64,000 nucleotides of DNA. It comes from Octopus vulgaris (Eukaryota). Under the pieces are notes generated by a model. That model was not told the DNA's origin, made no database searches, and saw only the letters and a list, made by a program, of their open reading frames with translations. This document shows positions 38,823 to 52,301 of this stretch, piece after piece. Position numbers and translations under genes: made by a program. Location: NCBI GenBank assembly GCA_951406725.2, contig OX597832.1, forward strand, positions 60,822,001 through 60,886,000. Reading direction: 5' to 3'. Numbering within the stretch: the stretch's first letter is position 1; each line of letters starts with the position of its first letter.

Positions 38823-39183
38823 TAAAATACAGTGTACATTTAAACACATTAAGAGGTTTCCATCATAGGAATCCTTTACGCAAGAAAGAACAGTTAGAGT
38901 CCAAACCACTAATTAGGGATAAATTCTCGAAGGGAATGGGAAATAAAAACATTTACCATCTCTTTCCTGGACCATGGTTTCTGACTTATTCTTTTCTACT
39001 CTAGGTACAAGGCCTAAGTCAGAAACCATGGTCTGGGGAAGATATGGTAAATGTTTTTATTTTTCATTCCCTTCGAGAATTTATCCCTAATTAGTGGTTT
39101 GGCCTTTAGCTGTTCTTTCTAGCGCAAAGGATTCCTATGATGGAAACCTCTTAATGTGTTTAAATGTACACTGTATTTTATAT
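38820..39183. repeat. Inverted repeat, 169-bp arms, 26-bp spacer
   Basis: 38820-38988 versus 39015-39183; high identity by eye. Confidence 0.9.
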
Positions 39184-39298
39184 GAATAGTATATAGTCTA
39201 TGGACTAATTTTTCTATATGCTAGGCTACTGGTAGTAAAAATTTCTAAAATCTTTATTACCCTGATATTATTAACTATATATATGATGATGATGATGA

Positions 39299-39350
<52 letters not shown>

Positions 39351-39618
39351 AGAAGGGAAGAGAAGCCTGGATGTTCATTGCTGGAATCTTTTAGATCATA
39401 GATCTGCTCAAACAGAGCCAAACATTGACTAAACAACAATAACAACAACAAAAGCCATAAAGCAAACTTCTCTATTGTAAACAATTCAAATATGTTAACA
39501 TCTTTTCTTGCAATGGGTTTCTTTTTCCTTGTGCATCTTCAATATTTTAAACATTGATTATTTAATAACATTTTCATGTAAAAGGACACCTCAATTCATT
39601 TAACACTGTTTTGGAAAA

Positions 39619-39681
<63 letters not shown>

Positions 39682-39973
39682 TAATAATAATAATAATAAT
39701 AACAATAATAATAATAATGTTAATAATAATTATAATAAAAAACTGCATAACTGTTTAGAAGATGGGAAAAAAAATGTAAGAAGCAGAAATATAAAGAGGG
39801 GGTTGTGGAAAAAGGAAAAAAATAATATTTAATTGCCCAATTAAATCTTTTTTAGAAAAGAAGGTTTTTAAGATTTCTGTTTCTTGACTACCCACAGCAA
39901 TATCTGATACACGCACTCACACACACACACACACATATATGCATGTGTATCTGTATATATCTGTATGTGTGTC

Positions 39974-40036
<63 letters not shown>

Positions 40037-40041
40037 GTATA

Positions 40042-41000
40042 TATGTATATTAGTCGTTTTAATGTCTATTATTTAGCATTTTTCAGTGTTATTGGTGGTT
40101 TCAATGAGGGTTTTAACTCCTCTTTCTAGTAGGTAGGCACCTTGTGTGCACTTATGATTGATACATATATGCATATATATTGAAAATGTATATATTTGTA
40201 TGTAATTGTATGACAAGCAAACTCATGAAGCCTTCCATATTTTTCATAGGCCCAGGTGTGGCTGTGTGGTAAGAAGCTTGCTTCCCAACCACATGGTTCC
40301 GGGTCCATTCCCACTGCATGGCACTTTTGACAAGTGTCTTTCGCTTTAACCTTGGGCAGGCCTAAACCCTGCGAGTGGATTTGGTAGACAGAAACTGAAA
40401 GAAGCCCGTTGTATACATATATATATATGTGTATATATATGTTTGTGTGCCTGTGTTAGTCCCCCCCAACATCACTTCACAACCGATGTTGGTGTGTTTA
40501 CGCCCTCGTAACTTAGCAGTTCAGCAAAAGACGTTGATAAAACATGTACTAGGCTTACAAAGAATAAGTCCTGGGGACGATTTGTTCGGCTAAAAGGCAG
40601 TGCCCTAGTATGGCTGCAATCAAATGACTGAAGCAAGTAACTGAATGTATGTATGAATTAAATTAAGCTGGTGTGTGTGGAAGTGAAGCCTTATGGCAGG
40701 GACATAAGAGATGACATGCACAGGAAGGAATATAAATATTACACAGATGGTAGTCAAACCACACAGCCACGCCTGAGCCTATGAAATATATGCAAGGCTT
40801 ATCGAGTTTGCTTGTCATACAATTACATACAAATATATACATTTTCAATATATGTGCATATATATATATATATCAATCATAAGTGCACACAAGGTGCCTA
40901 CCTGCTAGAAAGAGGAGTTAAAACCCTCATTTAAACCACCAATAACACTGAAAATTTCTAAATAATAGACATTAAAACGACTAATATACATATACATATA
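40042..41000. repeat. Inverted duplication (~230-bp arms) enclosing a family A SINE (40248-40640)
   Basis: 40042-40270 versus 40758-41000. Confidence 0.9.
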
Positions 41001-41232
41001 CATACATACATACACACAGGCTTGGCTGAACATCGGTCACGTGGACAGAGAGGAGAGAGGCAGTGGGATACACAACCAGTATTGTATGACAATTGGCTCT
41101 GGGTACTTACTTAGATGAGCATTTGGTGACAAGAAGGGCACCTGGATGTAGAAAATGCACCTGAATGAGGTCAGCCTGACCCATGCAACTATGTGTATGT
41201 TAAAATGAGAACAAAAACAAACCGCACACACG

Positions 41233-41294
<62 letters not shown>

Positions 41295-41384
41295 TATGAT
41301 AGCATTTAGAAGCAATCAAATACATATATCAACATCATCATTATCACCTTTATCATTATCATTACTATGTCAAAACACACACTT

Positions 41385-41416
<32 letters not shown>

Positions 41417-41925
41417 ATGTGCGCACACACACACACACACTTGCACATTACACAGAGATGCATCTAATTAAAAATTCCTCAGGAGATAAAATTTCCAAAT
41501 CAAATACATTCTTTTGTCTCATATAACTGGAAATAGTAGAAACACATGTTTCGCTCTCTGCTCTGAAGACATACGCAGTTAAGGATCTGTGTTTGTGGAA
41601 CCACAACAGACATATTGAAATAAGAGGAACCATAGAGGAATTCTTTGAAGAGTGACTGAGCAACAAAAATTTTTAAAAATACATATAAAAAATGTTGAAT
41701 AAAATAACGATAAAAATGATCCTTACTACCAGAGGCACGAGGCCTGAAATTTTGCGAGAGGGGTTAGTCAGGATTACATTCATGCCACCGTTTGACTGGT
41801 TTCTATTTTATCAACCCCGAAAGGATGAAAGGCAAAGTCGACCTCAGCAGAATTTGGATTCAGAGTGAGAAGATGGAGGAAATGCCAACAAGCATTCCAC
41901 CCAGCATGCTAATGATTACATCGCC

Positions 41926-42555
41926 ACCGCTGACAAATGGTATAAACATCATCCTGAAGCTGTGACTGAGGGAGAAAATGTGTCGATTCTATGGGACTTC
42001 CCCGTGCAGACTGACAGGACTATAAAAGCCAATAAACCGGATATTATTATAAAAGATCAGACAAAAAGGATGTGTTTATTAATTGACATGAGCATTCCCT
42101 GTGATCACAATATAGTGGCGAAAGAATTTGACAAGATTAGTAAATATAAAGACCTGCTAATGGAAATTGAAAAATTGTGGCATCTCAAGGCGACTACAGT
42201 ACCAGTGATTGTAGGATCTCTAGGAATGATAAAAAAAGGTACTGAAGCCTATTTGAAAATGATTCCAGGCTTACCATCCCTACAGGAAGTGTAAAAAATC
42301 GTATTAACTGTAACGGCTCATGTACTGCGAAGAGCACTATCGCTGTGAAAATAACATCCATCCATGAATTTATTTATTTATTAATTTTTAAATACATATT
42401 TTATCTGTGAATTTGCTCGTGTAATCTGAGAATGCATACAATGCCCTTCTCTGCCCTAGGTGTATGGAAAACACTCGGCGAGAAACGGAAGAAAATTTGA
42501 AGAAAGAAGGAAAAAACATAATAACAATAATAAAAACAACAACAATAATAATAAT
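41926..42555 (+). mobile_element. R4/Dong-like 3' fragment with a premature stop, 3' UTR and (TAA/CAA)n tail
   Basis: TADKWYKHHPEAVTEGENVSILWDFPVQTDRTIKANKPD...LQEV*KIVLTVTAHVLRRALSL*; the UTR resembles 44431-44605. Family B SINEs (-) flank it at ~41725-41920, 42556-42750 and 42845-43033. Confidence 0.85.
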
Positions 42556-42751
42556 CCTTTCTACTATAGGCACAATGCCTGGAATTTGTTGGGAGGGGAA
42601 TAGTTGATTACATCGACCCCAGTATGCAGCTGGTTCTTAATTTATCGACCCTGAAAGGATGAAAGGCAAAGTCACCCTCGGCGAAATTTGAACTCAGAAC
42701 GTAGCGACAGGCGAAATACCGTTAAGCATTTTTGACCAGCTCAACTGCCTA

Positions 42752-42844
<93 letters not shown>

Positions 42845-43366
42845 CAAATTTGGGAAAGGGGATTAAATTGAGTACATCGACTGCAGTGTGTAACTGGTAC
42901 GTATTTAATCAATCTTGGAAGATTGAAATGTAAGGTCAACCGTAGCGGAATTTGAACTCAGACCATAGTAATGGGTGAAATACCACTAAGCATTTCATCC
43001 ATCAGGTGAACGATTCTGCCAGCTCACCACCTTAATAGTAAGAATCATATCCTCATCATCATCGTCGTTTAACGTCCGCTTTCCATGCTGGCATGGGTTG
43101 GATGGTTTGACTGAGGACTGGTGAGCCAGAAGGCTGCACCAGGCTCAATCTGATCTGGTGGAGTTTTTACAGCTGTATGCCCTTCCTAATGCCAACCACT
43201 TTGAGAGTGTAGTAGGTGGTTTTAAGTGCCACTGGCACGATGGCCAGTCAAGCAGTTCTGGCAACGACCACGCTCAAATGTTGTTTTTCATGTGCTACCG
43301 GCAAGGCGATGCTGGTAATGATCATGCTCGAATAGTAGTAATAAGAATAATAATAATAATAATAAC

Positions 43367-43431
<65 letters not shown>

Positions 43432-43432
<1 letters not shown>

Positions 43433-44643
43433 CAACCACAATTGAACTGGCCAAATATCTCGAAATATCGAATGACTGGATGCTAAAGCTCGTGGAAAAT
43501 CACGAGAGACGAAAGAAGCTTCATTCTATCATCAAGGAAAGCAAAAAATTTGCTATTGATCTCGTGCAGGATACCCAAACTGAACAACCCGAGGGAAGTA
43601 CTATTGTTGCAAAGAAGGTGAAAATGATGGCAATGAAAAAAGCGCATGAGCAATTGGCTGATAGGTGGGAGGAGAAACCTCTGCACGGCAAATATGTGAC
43701 CCGCAGCAAACAAGCTGATGTTGACCAGAAGCAAACCCATCAGTGGCTGCGGAGCTCAGGGCTAAAAGCAGAGAGCGAAGGTTTCATCCTGGCTGCTCAA
43801 GACCAAAGCCTATTAACCCGGAACTACCAGGCCAATGTGATGAAAAATGGAGCAGACCCAAAATGCCGATTCTGCAACGACATGATTGAAACAGTGGACC
43901 ACCTAATCTCTGGATGTAAAGTCTTAGCACCAGTGGAGTATAAATTAAGACATGACAGAGTTGGCCAATATCTCCACTGGCTAATAAGTCGGCATTACAA
44001 TATCAAAACTGCCGACAAGTGGTATAATCACCACCCTGAGGCTGTAACTGAAGGAGAAAATGTAACCATTCTGTGGGACTTTCCAGTACATACAGACCGA
44101 ACCATCAAGGCCAATAAACCAGATATTGTTGTGAAAGACCAAAACAATAAAGTTTGCTTATTGATCGACATGAGCATCCCCTGTGATCATAATATCTCAG
44201 CGAAAGAGTTTGACAAGCTCAGAAAATATAAAGACCTACTCATTGAAATTGAGAAAATGTGGCATCTCAAGGCGGTTACAATACCAGTGATCGTAGGAGC
44301 ACTAGGAATGATCAAGAAGGGAACCGAAAATTATATGAGAATGATCCCTGGCTTACCATCCCTGCAAGAAGTGCAAAAGATTGTCTTAACTGGTACATCA
44401 CACGTATTGAGAAGAGCATTGTCGATGTGAGAACTGTTGCTGCTCATGTATTTTAATTTAACTTAAAAAAAAAAAAAAAAAAATGAACGAACTATTGAGT
44501 TTGGTTTAATGGCCTACCAATGTATACTATGAATTTCTTTGCCCTAGGAGTCGGGAAGACACTCGGCAAGAAATGGAATCAAATTTGAAAGAAGAAAAAA
44601 AAAAGTAATAATAATAATAATAATAATAATGATAATAATAATA
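43432..44643 (+). mobile_element. R4/Dong-like non-LTR retrotransposon, 5'-truncated, inserted in (TAA)n
   Basis: Frame open from ~43432 to 44430, then 3' UTR and (TAA)n; (TAA)n also lies immediately upstream. Confidence 0.9.
43480..44430 (+). CDS. C-terminal part of an RLE-clade retrotransposon ORF (post-RT region, CCHC knuckle, PD-(D/E)xK endonuclease); not a host gene
   Basis: KPLHGKY; ESEGFILAAQDQSLLTRNY; CRFC...ETVDHLISGC; RHDRV; KPDIVV...LIDMSIP; KLRKYKDL. Confidence 0.8.
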   Translation: MLKLVENHERRKKLHSIIKESKKFAIDLVQDTQTEQPEGSTIVAKKVKMMAMKKAHEQLADRWEEKPLHGKYVTRSKQADVDQKQTHQWLRSSGLKAESEGFILAAQDQSLLTRNYQANVMKNGADPKCRFCNDMIETVDHLISGCKVLAPVEYKLRHDRVGQYLHWLISRHYNIKTADKWYNHHPEAVTEGENVTILWDFPVHTDRTIKANKPDIVVKDQNNKVCLLIDMSIPCDHNISAKEFDKLRKYKDLLIEIEKMWHLKAVTIPVIVGALGMIKKGTENYMRMIPGLPSLQEVQKIVLTGTSHVLRRALSM

Positions 44644-44975
44644 AACACTGGTCACTGCTGGAATGTCTTTGACTGTAGGTGTAAGGGATAAGTGCTGACC
44701 TTGGCCTAAATAACAATGAGTTTCACTCTTATCATGCCAACCCACTCAAGATCACTTTTGGCACCATGATAGAAACTTCTGATGAAGGGAAGACCAGCAC
44801 TGACCATCCCATTTTGTGTGTTATTATGTACAGGGAATCTAACAACGCATTCTTGAACATTGCCCTCTCAGAAATGGATGCAATACAGTGTCATGGAAAA
44901 AGATGTGAACAACTGATCTATTGGTCAATCGTCATCATGATGTCATCATCATCGCCATCATCATCATCATCGTCG

Positions 44976-45031
<56 letters not shown>

Positions 45032-46602
45032 TGTTTTAAATCCGGGTTTTGTCTCAGTTAACAGGGGTGGCCAGATCTATCTTAGTGCCATAGCAACCAA
45101 GGTAGGCAGGTGCAGCCCACTCCAACCTTTGGGCTGGCTAGTGCCCTTTCTCCTTTGCTATTATGAAGCTTTTTTGGAGCTGGATTTTCTATGGGGAGCA
45201 TGCCCTTGCTTACCCCCCAACCTCAGTTCCTAGACATGAATGGTCCCGAGACCAAGGCCTCTACCACGATTTTTAAGAAATGTGGTGGAAAACTAGCTCA
45301 GGAAGGCAGGGATGCTACTCCCTGAGACCCCTTTCAGAGCCCTCCCCCACTACCAAAAGCCATCATGGTTTTAATATTGACATTCCATCCTTGTATGGGT
45401 CAGGGAAGAAAATTTATAGAGGCAGAACACTCACCAGATTCCAAGTAATTAAAGTGATATTTCCCACAATTCTTTGAACATAAGCAGTACAATGGCCAGG
45501 CAGGATTCCATGGTTGATTGCAAAGAAACAACACCACTTGTATGAGGGTGACACTCATTTACAAGTAGCAGGAGATGTCAACACAAACAAACACATCTCA
45601 GTTAATCCAATTCACTTAGCCGGCTGCAATTTCTGTGAAAAATGACCCCCAAATATTTGCACGGTCTGTCTAGAACTTTTAAGACAGACTCATACTCTAA
45701 CTTAAAGGTGCCTCTTAACTTTTGCTAACAGTCTTTCATGCCATGTGCTTAGATAATGGATACAAATATTTATTGGTGAGTAGAATTCAATAAAATAGTA
45801 AACGAAACACACGACAATGTATTTTTGAAAAGCTATTTCCATTTTGCCAAAGTGATGGAAATAAAATAGAAAAAAAAATTTTTTTCCGAAAGAAAATTTG
45901 AAAATGCATTCTGTTTTGCTCTTAAAGACATTTTGGTGGAGTCCATTAGTAAGCGACACAAACCTGCTCCACATTAAAATGTGTTAGTCTATGCAGATAA
46001 CAAAAAACTAAACTAAATAAATACAATAATTAAAAATAAAATTTTAAAAAAAGAAATGTGTGACGAACTTTTAGCAAGACTTCTACAGTTCATGGTGAAG
46101 TTCTATTAAACAAAACATGCATTTATTTCTTGTGATTCAATGAACACATAAGGGTGGGAATGGTGTATTAGGTATTATGGCAGAAGAGTTCTGCAACAGT
46201 GGATGGAGAAGTATTATCACCATTATCATCATCACCATCATCGTCATCATCATCATCCTCATCATCATCATCATCACCATCATCATCATTATCATTATCA
46301 ATTTGACATCCTTGATTGTATCTTGTTGGTCTTTTTGGCTGAACTGCTAAGTTACAGAATTGTAAACAAATGCTGGCTGTCAAGCAAAGGAGTGGGGACA
46401 AACACAAAGGTTCTCTCTCTCTCACTCTTTCTCTTTGTTTCTGTCTCTCTCTCTCTCTGTCTCCCTCTTTCTCTCTATCTCTCTCTGTGTCTCTCTCTTT
46501 CTCTCTCTCTCTGTCTCTCTCTTTCTCCCTCTTTCTCTGTCTGTCTGTCTGTCTGTCTGTCTCTGTCTGTCTATCTGTCTCTCTCTCTCTCTCTCTCTCT
46601 CA

Positions 46603-46634
<32 letters not shown>

Positions 46635-47037
46635 ACAGGTTTCCTCACAGTCTACCAAATTCACTCATAGGGCCTGGAAACACTTGCCCAAGGTGCCAGT
46701 GTTTGCAACATGAATTAACATCAACACTTTGGTGGAAGTTTTTTATTTAAATGACTTTGAACCAGAACGGTTGTAGGGGCAATGCCAAGCAGGCTGGAAT
46801 CGAAGGAGTTAAGTACACTGCGGTTTAGTCCAAGGTCAACCATGATCCAGTAAATCATTGACTGAAGACATTCCAACCATGTCCATCCTATCTTTTTACA
46901 GATATTGCATAATTGATCTCCTGATGAGACTGGGGTCACAGTTCATGTTGGTTGGCCACTTGCCTGATGGTAAGGGTGGATGAGAAAGTATCTTACAGAG
47001 ATGAAGAGCGACCGAGATACTTCTTGGAGGGTTGCCC

Positions 47038-47253
47038 AGGACAACCTGAACAATACTGACCGGGACAACCTGAGCAAATACTGATCGGGACAACCTAACC
47101 AAATACTGACCAGGACAACCTGAGCAAATATTGACTGGGACAACCTGAGCAAATACTGACCGGGACAACCTGAGCAAATACTGACCGGGACAACCTGACC
47201 AAATACTGACCAGGACAACCTGAGCAAATACTGACCGGGACAGCCTGAGCAAA
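47038..47253. repeat. 25-bp minisatellite, ~8.5 copies
   Basis: Unit GGGACAACCTGAGCAAATACTGACC. Confidence 0.95.
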
Positions 47254-47608
47254 AATGGTGGATGCAATGACACACTGCAATGGCACATGTGTCTGACCCC
47301 ATACCTGACCTGACCCTTAAAGGATTTTATCAGGCTCCACTCTGTTGCAAAAATTCAGACCAGGCCTCTGGATTTCATGGAAACCTCTAACTCTTTCTCT
47401 CACCAGTATTGAAGGCTGGGTGGTTAGCTGTGCAGTCATGTGGTTCTGAGTTCAACTCCACTGTATGACTTCTTGACCAAACGAAATTTTAACCACAGTT
47501 TCTGTTTGACTCAAGGTGAAATTGGGTTAACAGAAACTTCACAGAAATAAGAAAATTACTATTTGATAATCTCACAACGAGAGATATTCAGCAACAGTAC
47601 TTTGGAAT

Positions 47609-47887
47609 AAAGATTTTTGCCAACATAACACGGCAGTCCTGATTTCGGACAAATGTTGGCGTAATTTAGCCCCAGGAGACATTCTGTGCTGATGAAGGGA
47701 AATAACCCGGAAGTCGCAATACAAGATATTGTTTTGAGCTGTGTAGGGGTGCTAGATTCCCTTGTTTGAAAATATAAGGACACAGATCGTGTCATATAGT
47801 CAGCTGGAGACGATGTCTCCTGGGGCTAAGTTACAGCAACATTTGTCCTAAACCAGGACTGCCATGTTATGTTGGCAAATAATCTTT
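47609..47887. repeat. Inverted repeat (~75-bp arms) enclosing a degenerate hammerhead motif (47684-47725, +)
   Basis: 47609-47682 versus 47813-47887; inside lies CUGAUGA-A-GGG(aaauaa)CCC-G-GAAG-UCGCAA-UA-CAAG. Confidence 0.75.
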
Positions 47888-48729
47888 ACATCATCGGTCA
47901 AATGGATAGCATTTTGTAATTCAGGTGTCCAGCCTCATTCATATATTGTGTCGTTGGCTTGTTACAGATACACTTATCTGAGGTATACGCAGCCAATTAC
48001 AGTTTGGTTTGATAAGCAGGTAATTTGATTTCATAAGCAGGTGATTCATTTGGTCAAACTGGTGAATGTCCATTATTGAAACTGGTGGAAGTCTCTTTGT
48101 CCTCATTGTTGATGCTGTCATTGATCGTCCAGTCATTATCGCTGTTGTCTTTGCCGCTGTTATTGTCATTCACCACCCACGTCGTCATCATCATCATCAT
48201 AGCCGTCATCACTGCCATTGTTGATGCTGCATAGTTGCTCTCATTGCTGTCATTGTCATCACCATCGTGGTCATCATCATTGTCATCTTCATTTCTGCCG
48301 CCACAGCATTGTTACTTCTTCATCACAATCATCATCATCATCATCATCACCATCACCATCATCATCACCACCACTAGCACCAGCACTACCCTACCACCAC
48401 CCCACCACCCTCATCATCATCACCACCATGACCACCACTATCATTGTTCTCTGTCTCTCTTCCGCTCTGTCTCCCTGTCTCTCTCCCCTCTCTCTTGTTC
48501 TCTTCATTGTCTATCGCTCCTCTCAATCTTTCTCTCTCTCAATCTCTCCCTCTCCCCTCCTCTCTCTCTCTCTCTCATTTATTAAAGTCACCTGATTCCT
48601 TGAATGTCACACATGACACAATCTAAATAAAACTCTGCAATTTAACAAAATGTTTTGTTACATGTGTGAATGTCTAAGATGGGTCAGGGAAATATTTTAA
48701 ATTTCCAGTCTATTAACATTCTATTCTTG

Positions 48730-48791
48730 GAATAATAATAATAATAGTAATAATAATAATAATAATGATGATGATGATGATGATGATAATG

Positions 48792-48854
<63 letters not shown>

Positions 48855-48929
48855 GTAATAATAATAATAATAATAATAATTATAATAATAATAATAATAA
48901 TAATAATGATGATGATGATGATGATAATG

Positions 48930-48993
<64 letters not shown>

Positions 48994-49040
48994 TTATAAT
49001 AATAATGATAATAATAATGATGATGATGATGATGATAATG

Positions 49041-49089
<49 letters not shown>

Positions 49090-49109
49090 TGATGATGATG
49101 ATGATAATG

Positions 49110-49173
<64 letters not shown>

Positions 49174-49220
49174 TTATAATAATAATGATAATAATAATGA
49201 TGATGATGATGATGATAATG

Positions 49221-49300
<80 letters not shown>
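48730..49300. repeat. (TAA/TGA)n array with an exact 180-bp higher-order duplication
   Basis: 48901-49080 equals 49081-49260. A family B SINE (-) follows at 49301-49492. Confidence 0.9.
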
Positions 49301-49302
<2 letters not shown>

Positions 49303-49529
49303 CTACTAAAGGCACAAGGCCTGAAATTTGGTGAGAGGGGACTAGTTAATTACATCGATCCCCAGTGTTTCACTGGTACTTAATTTATCAACCCTGAAAG
49401 GATAAAAGGCAAAGTCAACCTCAGCAGAATTTGGACACAGCATGTAGCAATGGGTGAAATACCACTTAAGCATTTCTCCCAGCTCACCGCCTTAATAATA
49501 ATGATAATAATAATAACAACAACAACAAC

Positions 49530-49562
<33 letters not shown>

Positions 49563-49593
49563 CATAATAATAATAATAATAATAATGATAATC

Positions 49594-49648
<55 letters not shown>

Positions 49649-49989
49649 GAAGAAGAAGAAGAAGAAGAATGATAATTTGGATTTTCTTTATACACCACAG
49701 GGGTGTTAGCTGAGTGGGATATTACAAGGACGGTTTACAATTTGTGTGTGTATGTATGTATGTATGTAGGGGCTACATGAAAGATGAAGATAAAGAAAAG
49801 AAGAGGAGTGGGTAGATGTGATAAAAATAAACAAAATATGTGAACACATCTATGATGCTGTCCTGCTCATATAGGAGAACCTCTAAGGAGGCCCGATCAA
49901 GGAACCCTATAAATCAAGGAACTCTTATAGATCAAGGATTACCCTGATCATCAAGAGCATGAGTTCTCATTCAATGGTAGTTTCCTAAT

Positions 49990-50205
49990 CTACAGGTGCA
50001 TGCATAGAGTGGGGCCATTCACTCGAACCAACTCACTCGGAGACAGCACTTCTTTTTCCACCCTCACTCTCTTTTCCAAGTGGAACTTTAAAATGTTGAT
50101 GAGAGCTTGACCAAAGATGAAGGGGCTTTCATCAAACCTCTCAGCCTCGTCCCTTTGTTCTTTTGCCAGAACCACTACAGAGAGGGACACCCTCTGTCCT
50201 ACAAA
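49990..50205 (-). pseudogene. Probable L1/Tx1-like ORF2 C-terminal remnant
   Basis: VVLAKE...[40 protein letters not shown]; recognised by resemblance only. Confidence 0.35.
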
Positions 50206-50309
50206 TATATAACATGCTTCTTTCAGCTTCCATCCATCCATCCATCCATCCATCCATCCATCCATCCATCCATCCATCCATCCATACATACATACATTCA
50301 TGTATATAT

Positions 50310-50511
50310 TCTTTTATTCTTTTATTTGTTTCAGTCATTTGACTGTGGCTATGCTGGAGCACCGCCTTTTGTCGAAACAAATCAACCCCAGGACTTATTC
50401 TATGTAAGCCTAGTACTTATTATATCGGTCTCTTTTGCTGAAATGCTAAGTTACGGGGATGTAAACACACCAAAATCAGTTGTCAAGCAATGGTGGGGGG
50501 ACAAACACAGA

Positions 50512-50601
<90 letters not shown>

Positions 50602-50940
50602 CATATATATATGTACGATGTGATTCTTTCAGTTTCCGTCTACCAAATCCACTCACAAGGCTTTGCTAAGCCTGAGGCTAGAGTATAAGGTACTTACCCA
50701 AGTTGCCACACAGTGGGGCTGAACCTGGAACCATGTGGTTGGTAAGCAAGCTACTTACCACACAGCCACTCCTATTGGAGGTGTAGCTGTGTAGTAAGAA
50801 GCTTGCTTCGCAACCACATGGTTGCGGGTTCAGTTCCACTGCATGGCACCACAGGCAACTCTTTCTACAATTGCCTCAGGCTGACCAAAGCCTTGTGAGT
50901 GGATTTGGCAGACAGAAACTGAAAGAAGCCTGTTGTATAT
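50310..50940. mobile_element. Head-to-head family A SINEs (50310-50773 minus; 50776-50940 plus, 5' half)
   Basis: ...CTTACCACACAGCCACTCCT|ATTGGAGGTGTAGCTGTGTAGTAAGAAGC... Confidence 0.8.
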
Positions 50941-52226
50941 ATATATGTACATAGGAAAACATATATATATAATGCTGATGTCATGAAACTGGCTCCTCTG
51001 TCGCTGCACATAAAGAACACCTTTGTAGCATTGGTCCTAACCGGAGGCAAAATTGCTGAGTTCCTTTTGAGTGTTGCGCCTCACGGAGGCAAATGGCTGA
51101 GATCTTTAGCATTATGTTGTGCTTGAGAAGAACACCCATCAAGCCATGCAAAATTGCAGTTGTGGCAGATGCTAGTGTCACCCATGCTGATGGCATGCAA
51201 AAACACCCATTACACTTGCAGAGCAGTTGGTGTTACAAAGGGCATCCCAGCCCCAGAAAACCAGACTGGAGTCTGGTGTAGCCTTGCAGCTTGCCAGCCC
51301 TGGTCAAACCGTCCAACCCATACCAAAATGGACAATGGATGTTAAATGATGATGATGATGGTAATGATGATGATGATGACATATCTTTTGTTTTTTATCA
51401 TTTACTTGTTTCATTCACTGGGAAATGGCCACGCTGGGGCACCACCTTGAAGAGTTTTGTCAAAGAAATCCATCCCGGTACTCATCATCATCATCATCAT
51501 CATTTAACGTCCGTTCTCCATGCTAGCATGGGTTGGACAGTTCGACCGGGGATCTGGGAAGCCAGAAGGCTGCACCAGGCTCCAATCTGATCTGGCAATG
51601 TTTCTGCGGCTGGATGCCCTTCCTAACGCTAACCACTCCGAGAGTGTAGTGGGTGCTTTTAGACGTGCCACCGGCACAGGTGCCAGGCGAGGCTGGTAAT
51701 GGCCATGATCGAATTGGTGCTTTTTACGTGCCACCAGCATGTAAGCCAGTCAAGGCGGCGCTGGCATCGGCCACGTTCGGATGGTGCTTTTTATGTGCCA
51801 CCGGCACAGGGATCACAACTGCAGTTTCCATTGATTTTTGATGTTGGTGTACTTGACTCAATGGATCTCCTCAAGCACAGGGTCAAGACAGTGTTTCTTT
51901 ACTTGCCACCTGCACACGAATCAGTCCAGCAGCCCTAGCAACTGCCGGGTGCCAAAATCCTGGTACTTACTCTATCAGTTTTTTTTTGTTTTGTTTGAAC
52001 CATTTAGTTGCAGGAACATAAACAAAGAAACATCAATTGCGAAGCAGCAGTGGGGTACAAACACAGACATAGACACATAAACACATATGCGTAGATGTAA
52101 ATAGATGAGTCAAGACTTTTTGGTTTACCGTCTACCAAATTTACCCATGTGCATATGTGTATATACAAGCACACACACATATAAATACATACACACATAC
52201 ACACACACATATAAATACATACCCCC

Positions 52227-52268
<42 letters not shown>

Positions 52269-52270
52269 TG

Positions 52271-52301
<31 letters not shown>

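Noticed and set aside
46922-46950. CTGATGA-GACTG...CAGTT (also CTGATGA at ~20811 and ~44779)
   Set aside because: No GAAA box after the stem.
47038-47253. CRISPR-like regular repeats (also 54061-54345)
   Set aside because: Units are contiguous with no unique spacers, there are no cas genes, and the context is eukaryotic.
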